Both the position numbers and the translations under genes were made by a program. A stretch of 64,000 nt of DNA from an uncultured SAR116 cluster alpha proteobacterium. GTDB taxonomy: Bacteria > Pseudomonadota > Alphaproteobacteria > Puniceispirillales > Puniceispirillaceae. Location: assembly GCA_902516825.1 (NCBI GenBank), contig CABXZZ010000002.1:1815-65814 (forward strand). Reading direction: 5' to 3'. The notes under the pieces are model-generated. The model was not told where the DNA came from, did not search any database, and saw nothing but the letters and a program-made list of their open reading frames with translations. Position 1 is the first letter of the stretch; the number at the start of each line of letters is the position of its first letter. Positions 8,011 through 18,815 of the stretch are shown piece by piece.

Positions 8011-9189
8011 GTGATAAATACCAAGATTCCATTTTACAGAGACCCCCGCTTCAGGTCTTTAATCGTTCAAATATTGGTTCTTGCATTAGTCTCATATGGC
8101 CTTTTGTTTATTTACCAAACCACCGTATCAAATCTGGTTGAAAGAGGTATACAGACAAGCGTCAGTTTCTTTGACGATGTAGCACCTTTCAAGATCGGTT
8201 TCAGCCCTTTTTTGGAGTTTGATCTTGGAAAAACAACTTATATCGAAGTTTTTTATATTGGTATTTTAAACACCCTTCTCATTGGAGCCCTTGGTATCGC
8301 TGCGTCCACTATTGTTGGGTTTTTCATTGGTATAATTAGATTATCACCTAATTGGCTAGCCTCTAAATGTGCTTTAATTTATATAGAAGTATTTAGAAAT
8401 GTTCCTTTGCTTTTACAGATAATGTTCTGGAATTTTGCGGTTTTTCTAGCAACCTTGCCTCCACCAAAAAAATCTATTGAATTGGGCTTCATTTACTTAA
8501 ATAGCCGTGGACTTCATACCCCTAAACCGTTTGTTGACGACTTAACAAATTTTAATATTTGGATGTTTATTTTATTTATCGGATTATGTTTCTGCTTTTG
8601 GATAAATAAAAGGTCAAAAAAGCAATTTGAACAGACAGGGAAAAGAAACTCGATTGGCCTTTATAACCTTGTTGGCTTCATTATATTTGCAATTCTAAGC
8701 TATTTTGCTCTCGGAAGCCCACTTGGATTTGATTTGCCCGTATTAGGGAAGTTTAATTTTAAAGGTGGAGGACAGCTTCCTCTTCCGCTTTTCTCACTAT
8801 GGTTTGCCTTAACCATATATACTTCCGCTTTTATAGCTGAGAATGTTCGAGCTGGCATTACTTCAGTATCAAAAGGTCAAATCGAGGCAGCAAGGTCTAT
8901 AGGGCTAACTCGTACACAAATGATAAATATGATTATCATTCCGCAGGCGATGCGAGTAATTATTCCTCCCACCATCAGCCAATTTTTAAATCTAACAAAA
9001 AACTCTTCTTTAGCAGTCGCGGTAGGATATGAGGAAATAGTAGCAGTTTGGGCCGGAATTTCTCTAAATCAAACCGGTCAAGCATTAATTATAATAGCAA
9101 TGACGATTATAGTTTATGAATGCATGAGCCTTTTTACCTCATTCATTTTGAATGCATATAATCGAAAAATGCAAATTGTAGAGCGTTAA
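8011..9189 (+). CDS. aapQ: amino acid ABC transporter permease
   Basis: Multi-TM protein with the C-terminal EAA-type loop of His/Glu/Gln/Arg-family permeases (EAARSIGLTRTQ). GTG start. Confidence 0.8.
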   Translation: MINTKIPFYRDPRFRSLIVQILVLALVSYGLLFIYQTTVSNLVERGIQTSVSFFDDVAPFKIGFSPFLEFDLGKTTYIEVFYIGILNTLLIGALGIAASTIVGFFIGIIRLSPNWLASKCALIYIEVFRNVPLLLQIMFWNFAVFLATLPPPKKSIELGFIYLNSRGLHTPKPFVDDLTNFNIWMFILFIGLCFCFWINKRSKKQFEQTGKRNSIGLYNLVGFIIFAILSYFALGSPLGFDLPVLGKFNFKGGGQLPLPLFSLWFALTIYTSAFIAENVRAGITSVSKGQIEAARSIGLTRTQMINMIIIPQAMRVIIPPTISQFLNLTKNSSLAVAVGYEEIVAVWAGISLNQTGQALIIIAMTIIVYECMSLFTSFILNAYNRKMQIVER

Positions 9190-9194
9190 ATTTA

Positions 9195-10322
9195 ATGGCA
9201 AAACAAATAGAAACATTTGTCAGATTACCAGATAGAAACCCGCCAAGCTCTACCATTGGTTTTATTTCCTGGCTGCGTCAGAACCTATTTAGCTCTGTAA
9301 CGAATACGTTAACTACAATTTTATTTTGTTATCTTTTCTACTTATACATTCCGCCATTTATAGAATGGGCGATAATTAATGCGAATATCTCGGGGTCAGA
9401 TCGGTCAGTGTGTGATGCCAATAAAGCTGGAGCATGTTGGACTTTCATTAAGGTTAGGTTAGACCAGATACTTTTTGGACTATATTTTGCTTCAAATCCC
9501 GAACAGACTTGGAGACCAATTCTTGCTCTTAGTATTTTCACAATAATTTTAATTCCATTAGTTATGGAAAATATACCTTTTAAAAAATGGTTATTGTTAT
9601 TCATGCTGTTCATTTACCCGTTGATTTTTATTGTCTTAGTGTATGGCGGTTTTTTTGGAATTCCTGTTTCAAATACAACCCAATGGGGGGGCTTCCTTCT
9701 CACATTTGCGTTGGCCTTTGTTGGGATTGTCTTAGCGTTACCTTTAGGAATTTTACTTGCTTTAGGCAGGCGTTCTGAGATGGCTATAATTAAGGCACTG
9801 TCGGTAACATACATTGAATTTTGGCGTGGCACTCCTCTGATAACGATTCTGTTTATGGCCTCAGTAATGCTACCTTTGTTTTTTCCTTCTGGTGTTGAAT
9901 TCGATAAAGTTGTCAGAGCAATGATTGGCATAACTTTGTTTCAATCTGCATACACTGCCGAAGCCGTCAGAGGGGGTTTGCAAGCTATAGATAGAGGTCA
10001 GACTGAAGCGTCCATGGCTTTAGGAATGGGTTATTGGCGTCGAAATGTCTTGGTTGTTTTGCCTCAAGCGCTCAAAATCTCAATTCCATCCATTGTAAAC
10101 ACTTTTATAGCCTTATTTAAGGATACCTCTCTTGTCTCTATTATTGGGTTACTTGACCTTTTAAATATGTCGCAAACAGCATCTCGTTCGTTAGACTGGA
10201 ATGGATATGATATTGAAGGCTATTTATTTGCAGGCTTTATTTTCTGGATTTTCTGTTATGGTATGTCTAGTTATAGTCAAAAACTTGAACGAAAGCTTGA
10301 TACTGACAGGAGAGCTGAATGA
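9195..10322 (+). CDS. aapM: amino acid ABC transporter permease
   Basis: Multi-TM protein with EAA loop ([12 protein letters not shown]). Lies 5 nt after aapQ. Confidence 0.8.
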   Translation: MAKQIETFVRLPDRNPPSSTIGFISWLRQNLFSSVTNTLTTILFCYLFYLYIPPFIEWAIINANISGSDRSVCDANKAGACWTFIKVRLDQILFGLYFASNPEQTWRPILALSIFTIILIPLVMENIPFKKWLLLFMLFIYPLIFIVLVYGGFFGIPVSNTTQWGGFLLTFALAFVGIVLALPLGILLALGRRSEMAIIKALSVTYIEFWRGTPLITILFMASVMLPLFFPSGVEFDKVVRAMIGITLFQSAYTAEAVRGGLQAIDRGQTEASMALGMGYWRRNVLVVLPQALKISIPSIVNTFIALFKDTSLVSIIGLLDLLNMSQTASRSLDWNGYDIEGYLFAGFIFWIFCYGMSSYSQKLERKLDTDRRAE

Positions 10323-11098
10323 ATATTACAGTCGCATCTGAAAAAACCATGACTAGTGAAACTCATCCTATTATTACCATTAGTAATCTTAACAAATGGT
10401 ATGGCAAGTTTCATGCTCTAAAAGATATTAATCTGGATGTTAATAAAACTGAAAAAATTGTTATTTGTGGACCCTCAGGCTCCGGAAAATCCACGTTGAT
10501 CAGATGCATTAATAGATTGGAAGTACACCAAGAAGGCAGTATAATTGTCGATGGAACTGAATTAACAGACGATGTAAAACAAATTAATGAGATCAGAAGT
10601 GATGTTGGAATGGTTTTTCAACATTTTAATTTATTCCCGCACTTAACTGTTTTAGAAAATTGTACGTTAGCGCCCATCTGGGTTCGCAAAAAGCCCAAGA
10701 TTGAAGCCGATGAGCTAGCGATGGAGTTATTGAAAAAAGTGCGAATTCCTGAGCAATCCCAAAAATATCCCGGACAGTTGTCGGGAGGTCAGCAGCAGCG
10801 TGTAGCTATTGCTCGAGCTCTATGTATGCAGCCAAGGGTCATGTTATTTGATGAGCCAACATCAGCACTCGATCCTGAAATGATTAAAGAAGTGTTGGAG
10901 ACTATGATTGAATTAGCAGATTCTGGTATGACAATGCTCGTAGTTACACATGAAATGGGATTCGCAAATAAGGTTGCTGACCGGGTCATATTTATGGATG
11001 AGGGTCAGATCGTTGAGCAAAACAACCCTGAAAACTTTTTTAGTAATCCTAAGTCAGAAAGAACCAAATTATTTTTAAGTCAGATACTAAACCATTAA
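10319..11098 (+). CDS. aapP: amino acid ABC transporter ATP-binding protein
   Basis: Walker [10 protein letters not shown], signature [15 protein letters not shown] and Walker [15 protein letters not shown] overlap with aapM. Confidence 0.88.
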   Translation: MNITVASEKTMTSETHPIITISNLNKWYGKFHALKDINLDVNKTEKIVICGPSGSGKSTLIRCINRLEVHQEGSIIVDGTELTDDVKQINEIRSDVGMVFQHFNLFPHLTVLENCTLAPIWVRKKPKIEADELAMELLKKVRIPEQSQKYPGQLSGGQQQRVAIARALCMQPRVMLFDEPTSALDPEMIKEVLETMIELADSGMTMLVVTHEMGFANKVADRVIFMDEGQIVEQNNPENFFSNPKSERTKLFLSQILNH

Positions 11099-11198
11099 AA
11101 AACATAAATGGTAGATAAATAATATTTTCGTTTGCTGTCTAAATTCCGTTTTAACTAGAAAAAAATCCAGCAAAACGCTAGAGAATAAATTCGTTCTG

Positions 11199-11219
11199 CG
11201 CCAAGTGTTGGTTTTTTTT
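11199..11219 (+). terminator. weak terminator-like element after aapP
   Basis: Short stem CCAA-GTG-TTGG followed by a run of 8 T. The stem is very weak. Confidence 0.3.
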
Positions 11220-11357
11220 AGCTGTAAATCAGAGTATTTCGCAGGTTTTCTGCGGTAAATATCTCGTTCTCTGGAAAAAAAAAATTACACTGTTGCCAAG
11301 CAATTGGCTATCTTGGTAGGTTTAAAGGGTTAATTGTAAAAGTTCTAGGAGGAACAA

Positions 11358-12365
11358 ATGAACAAAATTCTAACGGGCGCCTTTGTCTCGATTGCCAGCA
11401 TATTTATTGCTGGTTCAGCACTTGCAGGCGGTCATGATACTTGTGGTGACATAACCATAGCAGAAATGGATTGGGCTTCAGCAGAGCTCATAGCCAACAT
11501 TGATAAAATTATTTTAGAGGAAGGTTACGGATGCTCTGTTGAACTCGTCCCAGGCGCCACTATGACCACTTTCGCATCAATGGACACAAAAGGAGTGCCG
11601 GATATCGCACCTGAACTTTGGGCAAACGCAGTTCAAACTCCCCTAGCAAAAGCTGAGGAAGAAGGTCGTCTATTCATGTTGAACGGTGCACCAATTACTG
11701 GCGCTGGTGAAGGATGGATGATAAGTACTAAAGTTATGCAAGAAAACGGGTTAACAACCTTGGCCGACGTTCTAGAGCGTCCTGACCTTTTTCCACATCC
11801 GGAAGACTCTTCAAAGGGCGGCATTGTAACTTGCCCGTCAGGCTGGGGTTGTCAAATTGCCACAAATCAACTATTTAAAGCTTTTGATATGGAAGCTAAA
11901 GGATGGATGTTAATTGATTCTGGATCTTCTGCTGGTTTAAACGGGTCAATTGAAAAAGCTATTACAAGAGATGAGGCATGGTTCGGTTATTATTGGGGAC
12001 CAACTGTTTTAGCAGCTCAAGGTGGCTTGTCTTTGTTAGACATGGGGCCATTTGGTGGTCATGATAACTGGGATAACTGTTTAATGGTTCCAGAGTGTGA
12101 AGACCCAAAGCCTTCTGGATGGGTTGTGTCTGAGGTAACTTCTGTTGTAGCTAAAAACTTTATCGAAAACGGTCCAAGTATTGGAAAAGCATACATCGAA
12201 AAGAGAAAATTTCCTTCTGATGTAATGATGTCTATGCTTGTCTGGATGAATGATAATCAAGCTAGTGGTGAAGATACTGCTTACGAATTTTTATCAAGCC
12301 ACCCCGAGGTTTGGACTAAGTGGGTAACCGTGCAGGGTGCAAATTTAGTTAAAGCAGCACTTTAG
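11358..12365 (+). CDS. proX: glycine betaine/proline-type ABC transporter substrate-binding protein
   Basis: Signal peptide, OpuAC-like body, and operon context with proW/proV. AGGAGG SD. Confidence 0.75.
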   Translation: MNKILTGAFVSIASIFIAGSALAGGHDTCGDITIAEMDWASAELIANIDKIILEEGYGCSVELVPGATMTTFASMDTKGVPDIAPELWANAVQTPLAKAEEEGRLFMLNGAPITGAGEGWMISTKVMQENGLTTLADVLERPDLFPHPEDSSKGGIVTCPSGWGCQIATNQLFKAFDMEAKGWMLIDSGSSAGLNGSIEKAITRDEAWFGYYWGPTVLAAQGGLSLLDMGPFGGHDNWDNCLMVPECEDPKPSGWVVSEVTSVVAKNFIENGPSIGKAYIEKRKFPSDVMMSMLVWMNDNQASGEDTAYEFLSSHPEVWTKWVTVQGANLVKAAL

Positions 12366-12381
12366 AGGTGTTAAATTATTT

Positions 12382-12409
12382 AAAATGGGCCAAAATTTTG
12401 GCCCATTTT
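12382..12409 (+). terminator. intra-operon hairpin between proX and proW
   Basis: Perfect 28-nt palindrome AAAATGGGCCAAAATTTTGGCCCATTTT with a GGGCC/GGCCC core, followed by a T-rich tail. Confidence 0.5.
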
Positions 12410-12424
12410 CTTTGAGGAGAAATA

Positions 12425-13315
12425 ATGAGTCTGCTTACAGAATTTCCAAAAATGGGGCGAACTGACCTTAGAGACTTCAAAAAAAGTATCGATGAAGGTT
12501 TTAGAGATTTCACCAAGAACTATGGCGAAGCTATTGAAAACTTTTTTGATCCTCTGCTTTATTTCCTTGTCTGGTTGGAAAAACTATTTTTAAACACGCC
12601 ATGGCCGATTATAATGGCATCCATTGCTTTGCTCGTTTATTTCGGATCCAAAAGTATTAAGCTCACAATTGGTGCAATTTTAGCTTTCTTAGTGATTGGT
12701 TATCTCGATATGTGGGAAGATACCATGGCAACATTGGCAATTATTTCAGTTGCCACCATCGTTTGCATTAGCGTTGGTATTCCAATCGGAATAATGATGG
12801 CTCGCTCAAATAGAACACAAACCATTATTACCCCTATTCTTGATATAATGCAAACTATACCAAGTTTTGTCTATCTTATTCCTGTTGTGATGTTACTTGG
12901 TATTGGAAAAGTCCCTGGATTACTAGCAGTATGCATATACGCTATACCTCCGATTGTTCGGCTTACCAACCTTGGAATTAGACTGGTTGATAAAGATGTA
13001 ATGGAGGCATCAGAGGCATTTGGCGCAAGTTACAAACAAAAATTATTAGATGTACAAATTCCGTTGGCACTTCCCAATATATTTGCAGGGGTGAACCAAA
13101 CTATAATGATGGCCTTATCAATGGTTGTAATAGCTTCGATGATTGGTGTGAAAGGTTTGGGTGTTCCTGTTTTAAGAGCAATATCAAATCAATATTTAGC
13201 CTTGGGAGTTATGAATGGATTAGCCATTGTTGTATTAGCAATTTTGTTTGATAGAGTATCTCAATCCTTTGGCAAAAGATTGCAAGCTCACAGAGAAAGT
13301 GGACATAATGCCTGA
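12425..13315 (+). CDS. proW: glycine betaine/proline ABC transporter permease
   Basis: Six-TM permease with EAA loop (EASEAFGASYKQ). GAGGAG SD. Confidence 0.85.
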   Translation: MSLLTEFPKMGRTDLRDFKKSIDEGFRDFTKNYGEAIENFFDPLLYFLVWLEKLFLNTPWPIIMASIALLVYFGSKSIKLTIGAILAFLVIGYLDMWEDTMATLAIISVATIVCISVGIPIGIMMARSNRTQTIITPILDIMQTIPSFVYLIPVVMLLGIGKVPGLLAVCIYAIPPIVRLTNLGIRLVDKDVMEASEAFGASYKQKLLDVQIPLALPNIFAGVNQTIMMALSMVVIASMIGVKGLGVPVLRAISNQYLALGVMNGLAIVVLAILFDRVSQSFGKRLQAHRESGHNA

Positions 13316-14354
13316 TATTAAGGTAGCTATTAAAAGTCTTTATAAAATATTCGGTAGAAACCCTCATTCGATGGTCGATTTGGTAAAGGGTGGAATGTCA
13401 AAGTCAGATTTGCTTGAAAAGCATGGCCATGTGCTTGGCTTAGACAATGTGAACATTGATGTAAAAAAGAAACAAATTCAGGTTATAATGGGTCTTTCCG
13501 GGTCCGGCAAATCAACTTTAATCAGACACATTAATCGCCTGATTGAGCCTACATCTGGATCGATTGTTGTAGATGATCATAATATTTTATCTATGTCCCC
13601 AGCAGAGTTGCGTGATTTCAGGCGTAGCAAAGCTAGTATGGTTTTCCAGAAATTTGGATTGCTACCGCACCGAAAGGTAATTGATAACGTTGCCTATGGG
13701 CTCAGTATTCAGGGAATACAAAAAGAAGAAGCATTAAGGAGATCTAATAAGTGGATTGAGAGCGTTGGTTTAACTGGTTTTGAAAATCATTATCCATCCC
13801 AACTTTCTGGAGGAATGCAACAGCGCGTTGGATTAGCGCGTGCTCTTGCAACCGATGCAGACATACTTCTTATGGATGAAGCATTTTCAGCACTAGACCC
13901 TCTAATCCGTTCTGATATGCAAGATGTATTGTTATCGCTTCAGGAACAGCTTCATAAAACCATAATATTTATCACGCATGACCTCGATGAGGCTCTTAAG
14001 CTCGGTGACGACATTGCAATTTTAAGAGATGGCGCGGTTATCCAGTCTGGCACGGCAGAAAAAATCATACTCCACCCAGCTGACGATTATGTAACTGATT
14101 TTATCAAAGACATAAATAAGGCTCGTGTTCTTAAGGTAACCTCTGTTATGGCTAAGGACAAAAAGATAAAAGGGCCTGAAATTCAGGATAATGTGATTAT
14201 AGAAGATGCCTTACAAACTGTTTCTCAGTCCGGCTCGAATGGCGCTATCATCGTTAAAAACGGAAAAAAAGTGGGAACAGTCTCCTTAACAGACATGATA
14301 ATGGCAATCGCACGTTCTACAAAGAATACTGATAGCGATACTATTTACAGGTAG
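13308..14354 (+). CDS. proV: glycine betaine/proline ABC transporter ATP-binding protein with C-terminal CBS-like region
   Basis: Walker A GLSGSGKST, signature LSGGMQQRVGLARAL and Walker B LLMDEAFSALD. Start chosen at ATG 13308 (MPDIKVAIKSLYKIFG), which overlaps the proW stop by 8 nt. The track start at 13248 lies inside proW. Confidence 0.88.
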   Translation: MPDIKVAIKSLYKIFGRNPHSMVDLVKGGMSKSDLLEKHGHVLGLDNVNIDVKKKQIQVIMGLSGSGKSTLIRHINRLIEPTSGSIVVDDHNILSMSPAELRDFRRSKASMVFQKFGLLPHRKVIDNVAYGLSIQGIQKEEALRRSNKWIESVGLTGFENHYPSQLSGGMQQRVGLARALATDADILLMDEAFSALDPLIRSDMQDVLLSLQEQLHKTIIFITHDLDEALKLGDDIAILRDGAVIQSGTAEKIILHPADDYVTDFIKDINKARVLKVTSVMAKDKKIKGPEIQDNVIIEDALQTVSQSGSNGAIIVKNGKKVGTVSLTDMIMAIARSTKNTDSDTIYR

Positions 14355-14437
14355 TTTTTGTTTTATATGCACATTAAACAAATATTTGTTAAATTTCGAA
14401 CTTTGTTTCGTAAATCTCATCTTAGGACAAAACATTA

Positions 14438-15730
14438 GTGAGCAAAACTGCTATTGTTATACATCCAGAAGTGCGAATACTTCCAACCTCTCGAAACTCA
14501 GATGCTTTATTAAATGAAGCGTGCGGTCTCGCTGAAGCAATTGAGCTTGAGGTAATCCACCGTGAGGTTGTAAAACTCTTCTCTCCAAAGGCCGGGACAT
14601 TTCTTGGGGCTGGGTTTCTAGAATTATTAATTCAGAGAATTGAGCTTGAGGACCCGCATCCCGTTTTAATTTTCGATTGCTCTTTAAGCCCCATTCAGCA
14701 ACGAAATTTGGAAGAAATGCTTGGCTGTAAGGTAATTGACAGAACAGCATTAATTTTAGAAATTTTTGGCGCTAGAGCAAACACGCACGCAGGAAGACTT
14801 CAAGTAGAGCTAGCCTTCCTTACTTTTCAGCGCTCGCGTTTGGTTCAAAGCTGGACACATCTTGAAAGACAAAGAGGCGGAGGTGGTTTTCTTGGGGGCC
14901 CAGGTGAGAGTCAGATAGAACTTGACCGTCGCATGCTGTTAGAGCGTGTGGTTAAAATTAAAGAAGAGCTTAAGGAAGTTCAGAGAACAAGACAAATCCA
15001 ACGCAAAAACAGAAATCGAACAGAAACCCCAACAATAGCTCTTGTAGGATATACTAATGCAGGTAAATCAAGTTTGTTCAATACATTAACGACATCGAAT
15101 GTCATGGCCAAGGATATGTTATTTGCAACCCTTGACCCTACTTTACGCATGGCCGAGCTTCCAACTGGTCAAAAAATAATTCTAGCTGATACCGTTGGAT
15201 TTATTAGCGAGCTTCCAACAGAACTGGTGGAGGCATTTAAAAGCACCTTAGAAGAGGTAACACAAGCCGATTTCTTGTTACATGTCCATGATGCCTCCTC
15301 ACCATTTCTTGAAGAGGAAGCAGAGGATGTGAATAAAATACTTGGTGATTTAGGGATAGACGGTGATGACCTATCTGAACGTGTAATTCATGTACTTAAC
15401 AAATCTGACCTTATTTCAACTGACAAAAAACAAGAATTAGAACACGTGTTTCCCAACGGTGCATTTTTGTCAGCACTTTATAAGTCCAATTTTGAAAGCA
15501 TATTCAGTTTGATTGAACAAAAAATAAATAAAGATTCCGCGGTGTATAGTTTCAATATCTCTTCTTGTTTTGGTGACGCTCGTGCTTACCTTCACCAAAA
15601 TGGAATCGTGCTTCATTCATGCTTTAATGAAAATGGCTATGAGACATTAAAGGTAAGGCTGTCTAATGCAAACTATCAACGGTTTACTGCCCGTTGGACA
15701 GAATATGATATACCTAAACAACGCAAATAA
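14438..15730 (+). CDS. hflX: GTPase HflX
   Basis: HflX N-terminal domain plus G1 GYTNAGKSSLFN, G3 DTVGF and G4 NKSD. GTG start. Confidence 0.9.
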   Translation: MSKTAIVIHPEVRILPTSRNSDALLNEACGLAEAIELEVIHREVVKLFSPKAGTFLGAGFLELLIQRIELEDPHPVLIFDCSLSPIQQRNLEEMLGCKVIDRTALILEIFGARANTHAGRLQVELAFLTFQRSRLVQSWTHLERQRGGGGFLGGPGESQIELDRRMLLERVVKIKEELKEVQRTRQIQRKNRNRTETPTIALVGYTNAGKSSLFNTLTTSNVMAKDMLFATLDPTLRMAELPTGQKIILADTVGFISELPTELVEAFKSTLEEVTQADFLLHVHDASSPFLEEEAEDVNKILGDLGIDGDDLSERVIHVLNKSDLISTDKKQELEHVFPNGAFLSALYKSNFESIFSLIEQKINKDSAVYSFNISSCFGDARAYLHQNGIVLHSCFNENGYETLKVRLSNANYQRFTARWTEYDIPKQRK

Positions 15731-15827
15731 AAATTCCGATTAGACTAGTCCAACAGCCTATCCTAAACGAATAAGAGCTAGAGATAAAAAGATTATTTTT
15801 AACAAACATGTTTATGGCAGTATTTTT

Positions 15828-17252
15828 ATGAAAACGATAATGTGGTTCCGTCAGGATCTAAGACTAACCGACAACCCTGCACTAATTGAAGCGGTGAAGA
15901 GTGGTGAGATTAGTCCAGTATATATCCTCGACGACCATCATTCTGGCTCTCATAAAATGGGCGCTGCAAGTAGAGTTTGGCTGCACCACTCATTAGAATC
16001 TCTAGATAAGTCCTTAAACGGGAATTTGAGATTTTTTAAGGGACCTGCAGATAAAATCTTGCCTGAATTAATTCTCCAGTCAAACGCAGATAAAATCGTG
16101 TGGACAAGATGTTACGAGCCTTGGCGAATGAGGCGTGATATATTAATAAAACAACAAATCAAAAAATTAGGTGTTGAGGTTAAAAGTTTTGCAGGGTCAC
16201 TTTTGTGGGAGCCACATCAAATACACAAATCTGACGGCAGCCATTACCGCGTATTTACACCCTTCTACCGTAGGGGGTGTCTTAATGCCACACTGCCGAG
16301 AAAACCGCTACCCGCACCATCTAATATAAAATATTCACCGAAACCCTTAATTTCTAAAAATTGCACTCTATGTGAACTTGAATTATTGCCTGAGCAAAAA
16401 TGGTATCGCACGATACTAAATGAGTGGAAGATAGGTGAGCTAGGTGCTGTACAAACTCTGACTAAATTTCTTGAAAATGGGATTACTAGCTATAAAATAG
16501 GTAGAAACATTCCCTCGCAAAAATCGGTTTCCAGATTATCGCCACGACTGCATTTTGGTGAATTATCACCAAATCAGGTCTGGTACGCATCGCAAGATGT
16601 AGTTGAACACGGAGACTCTAATTTAGATAGTTTTCTTTCTGAATTGGGCTGGCGTGAATTCGCCCATCATTTAAACTTTCATCACCAAACACTTGCAAAT
16701 GAGAATCTAAACCCAAAATTCAATTCATTTTCTTGGAAAATGACACCGAATAGTCTTAAGGCATGGCAAACAGGTATGACAGGCTATCCAATTGTTGATG
16801 CTGGTATGAGAGAGCTTTACCAAACTGGGTATATGCATAATAGGCTACGGATGATTGTTGGCTCTTTTCTTGTCAAAAATCTTCTACAGCATTGGCACCA
16901 TGGACGAGATTGGTTTCATGATTGTTTGGTTGATGCAGATTTATGCGTTAATTCAGCAAGCTGGCAATGGATTGCTGGGTGCGGTGCAGATGCTGCACCC
17001 TATTTCCGTATTTTCAATCCCATCACACAAGGTGAGAAATTCGATGCAGATGGTACCTATACACGCAAATGGGTACCTGAATTAGCAGGGCTACCTAAAA
17101 AATACCTTTTTTGTCCATGGCAAGCACCCTCTGAGATATTAGATGAAAGCGGTATTCAACTTGGTAAATCTTATCCAATGCCTATCGTAGACCTTAAAAC
17201 TTCAAGAGAAATGGCACTTGAGGCTTTTTCAAAGTTACCAAAGTCAGCCTGA
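15828..17252 (+). CDS. phrB: deoxyribodipyrimidine (CPD) photolyase, class I
   Basis: MWFRQDLRLTDNPAL N-terminus. FAD-binding domain motifs GWREF, TGYPIVDAGMREL, NRLRMIVGSFL and SWQWIAGCGADAAPYFRIFNP. Confidence 0.9.
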   Translation: MKTIMWFRQDLRLTDNPALIEAVKSGEISPVYILDDHHSGSHKMGAASRVWLHHSLESLDKSLNGNLRFFKGPADKILPELILQSNADKIVWTRCYEPWRMRRDILIKQQIKKLGVEVKSFAGSLLWEPHQIHKSDGSHYRVFTPFYRRGCLNATLPRKPLPAPSNIKYSPKPLISKNCTLCELELLPEQKWYRTILNEWKIGELGAVQTLTKFLENGITSYKIGRNIPSQKSVSRLSPRLHFGELSPNQVWYASQDVVEHGDSNLDSFLSELGWREFAHHLNFHHQTLANENLNPKFNSFSWKMTPNSLKAWQTGMTGYPIVDAGMRELYQTGYMHNRLRMIVGSFLVKNLLQHWHHGRDWFHDCLVDADLCVNSASWQWIAGCGADAAPYFRIFNPITQGEKFDADGTYTRKWVPELAGLPKKYLFCPWQAPSEILDESGIQLGKSYPMPIVDLKTSREMALEAFSKLPKSA

Positions 17253-18778
17253 TGAGAACAGTTAGATTAATATTAGGAGACCAGTTAGATCTAGGTATTG
17301 CGTCTCTTGCAGATATTGACCCTGAAAATGATCTAATATTTATGGCAGAGCTAAAAACTGAGGCAACCTATGTAAGACATCATAAGAAAAAAATTGCGTT
17401 TATCTTTTCTGCCATGCGTCATTTTGCGGAGGAATGTCGTTTTAAAGGATGGAATATATGTTACATTGATTATGAACACCCTGATAACAAAGGGGATTTC
17501 ATTTCTCAATTACAGTTTATTATAGAAACATTCTCTCCCGACGCGTTATGTATGGTAGAAGCTGGAGAATTTAGACTACGACAAGCATTTAATGAATTTC
17601 AATTAGAGACATCACTGCCTTTTGAAATTAGAAAAGATACACGGTTTTTTACCTCAGAAAAACGGTTTCGGGATTGGGCGGAAGGCAGAACCCAATTGAG
17701 AATGGAATATTTCTATCGGGAATTAAGACGTGAAACTAATGTCTTAATGAATGAAGATGGAACACCTTTAGGAGGAAAGTGGAATTATGATTCTGAAAAC
17801 AGAGTTCCTCCAGATGCTAAAAAACATATACCCTCTCCTACTAAAATAAAACCTGATGAAATTACAAAAAACGTGATAGTGCTTGTAGGTAGTCGTTTTT
17901 CAGATCATTTTGGAAGTTTAGATAGCTTCCACTATGCTGTTACAAGGGAAGATGCGCATTTTGTTTTAGATAAATTTATTGAAGAACGTTTAATAAATTT
18001 TGGCACCTTTCAAGATGCTATGTTGGTTAATGAAGCATGGATGTACCACTCCCATATAGGTCTGTATTTAAATGTTGGTCTACTTAGCCCTAAAGAAGTG
18101 GTGTTACGCGCTGAACAAGCCTTTTACGAGAAAAACATGCCTTTAAATTCGGTAGAAGGGTTTGTTCGTCAAATACTTGGATGGCGAGAATATGTGAGGG
18201 GTTTATATTGGTATAAAATGCCCGAATATGCAGATATGAATTATCTTGAGTTGACCTCCTCTCTTCCTGATTTTTATTGGTCAGCAGAAACCGATTTAAA
18301 ATGCGTATCACAATCGGTTGCCCAAACTCGCGAACATGCCTATGCTCATCACATCCAGAGATTGATGGTTTTGGGGAACTACGCCCTTTTAACAGGGGTT
18401 TCGCCAGAACATTTAAACAACTGGTTTTTAAGTGTTTATGTCGATGCATATGAGTGGGTTGAACTTCCTAATGTAAGCGGAATGGCATTATTTGCCGATG
18501 GGGGAATCCTCGCAAGCAAGCCTTATATTTCTGGCGGTGCCTATATTGATAGAATGTCCAATTATTGTAGCTCATGTAAGTATAATGTTAAGAAAAAAAC
18601 AGGCAAAGATGCCTGCCCATTTAATTACTTATATTGGAATTTTTTGATGTCGCATGAAGATAAATTAAAAAATAATCCTCGTATGGGCATGATGTATAGA
18701 ACCCTATCGAAAATGAGTGATGAAAACATAAACCAAATTCAAACAGATTCACAAATCTGGCTTAAAGCAAATCATTAA
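17252..18778 (+). CDS. Fe-S cluster-containing cryptochrome/photolyase family protein (FeS-BCP, (6-4) photolyase-like, COG3046 type)
   Basis: RLILGDQL N-terminus, GWREYVRG and HIQRLMVLGN motifs. Four Cys (LKCVSQ plus YCSSC-x12-C) have the C...C-x2-C-x12-C spacing of the 4Fe-4S ligands in CryB/PhrB-type enzymes. TGATG overlap with the preceding photolyase. Confidence 0.85.
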   Translation: MRTVRLILGDQLDLGIASLADIDPENDLIFMAELKTEATYVRHHKKKIAFIFSAMRHFAEECRFKGWNICYIDYEHPDNKGDFISQLQFIIETFSPDALCMVEAGEFRLRQAFNEFQLETSLPFEIRKDTRFFTSEKRFRDWAEGRTQLRMEYFYRELRRETNVLMNEDGTPLGGKWNYDSENRVPPDAKKHIPSPTKIKPDEITKNVIVLVGSRFSDHFGSLDSFHYAVTREDAHFVLDKFIEERLINFGTFQDAMLVNEAWMYHSHIGLYLNVGLLSPKEVVLRAEQAFYEKNMPLNSVEGFVRQILGWREYVRGLYWYKMPEYADMNYLELTSSLPDFYWSAETDLKCVSQSVAQTREHAYAHHIQRLMVLGNYALLTGVSPEHLNNWFLSVYVDAYEWVELPNVSGMALFADGGILASKPYISGGAYIDRMSNYCSSCKYNVKKKTGKDACPFNYLYWNFLMSHEDKLKNNPRMGMMYRTLSKMSDENINQIQTDSQIWLKANH

Positions 18779-18815
18779 AGCTTTTAACCTTAATCAATTT
18801 GATATTTAACTACAC

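Noticed and set aside
14377-14390. Other short palindromes in spacers: AACAAATATTTGTT (14377..14390), AAACATGTTT (15804..15813, upstream of phrB), TAACCTAGGTTA (20045..20056), AATCAAA-CC-TTTGATT (46993..47008, pdhA/pdhB spacer) and GTTGCAAA-N9-TTTGCAAC (48182..48206, ftsB/pdhA spacer).
   Set aside because: They are AT-rich and short. By my rough estimate this many are expected by chance in ~4.5 kb of AT-rich non-coding DNA. None is followed by a convincing T tract. They are recorded only in case a genome-wide motif search picks one up.
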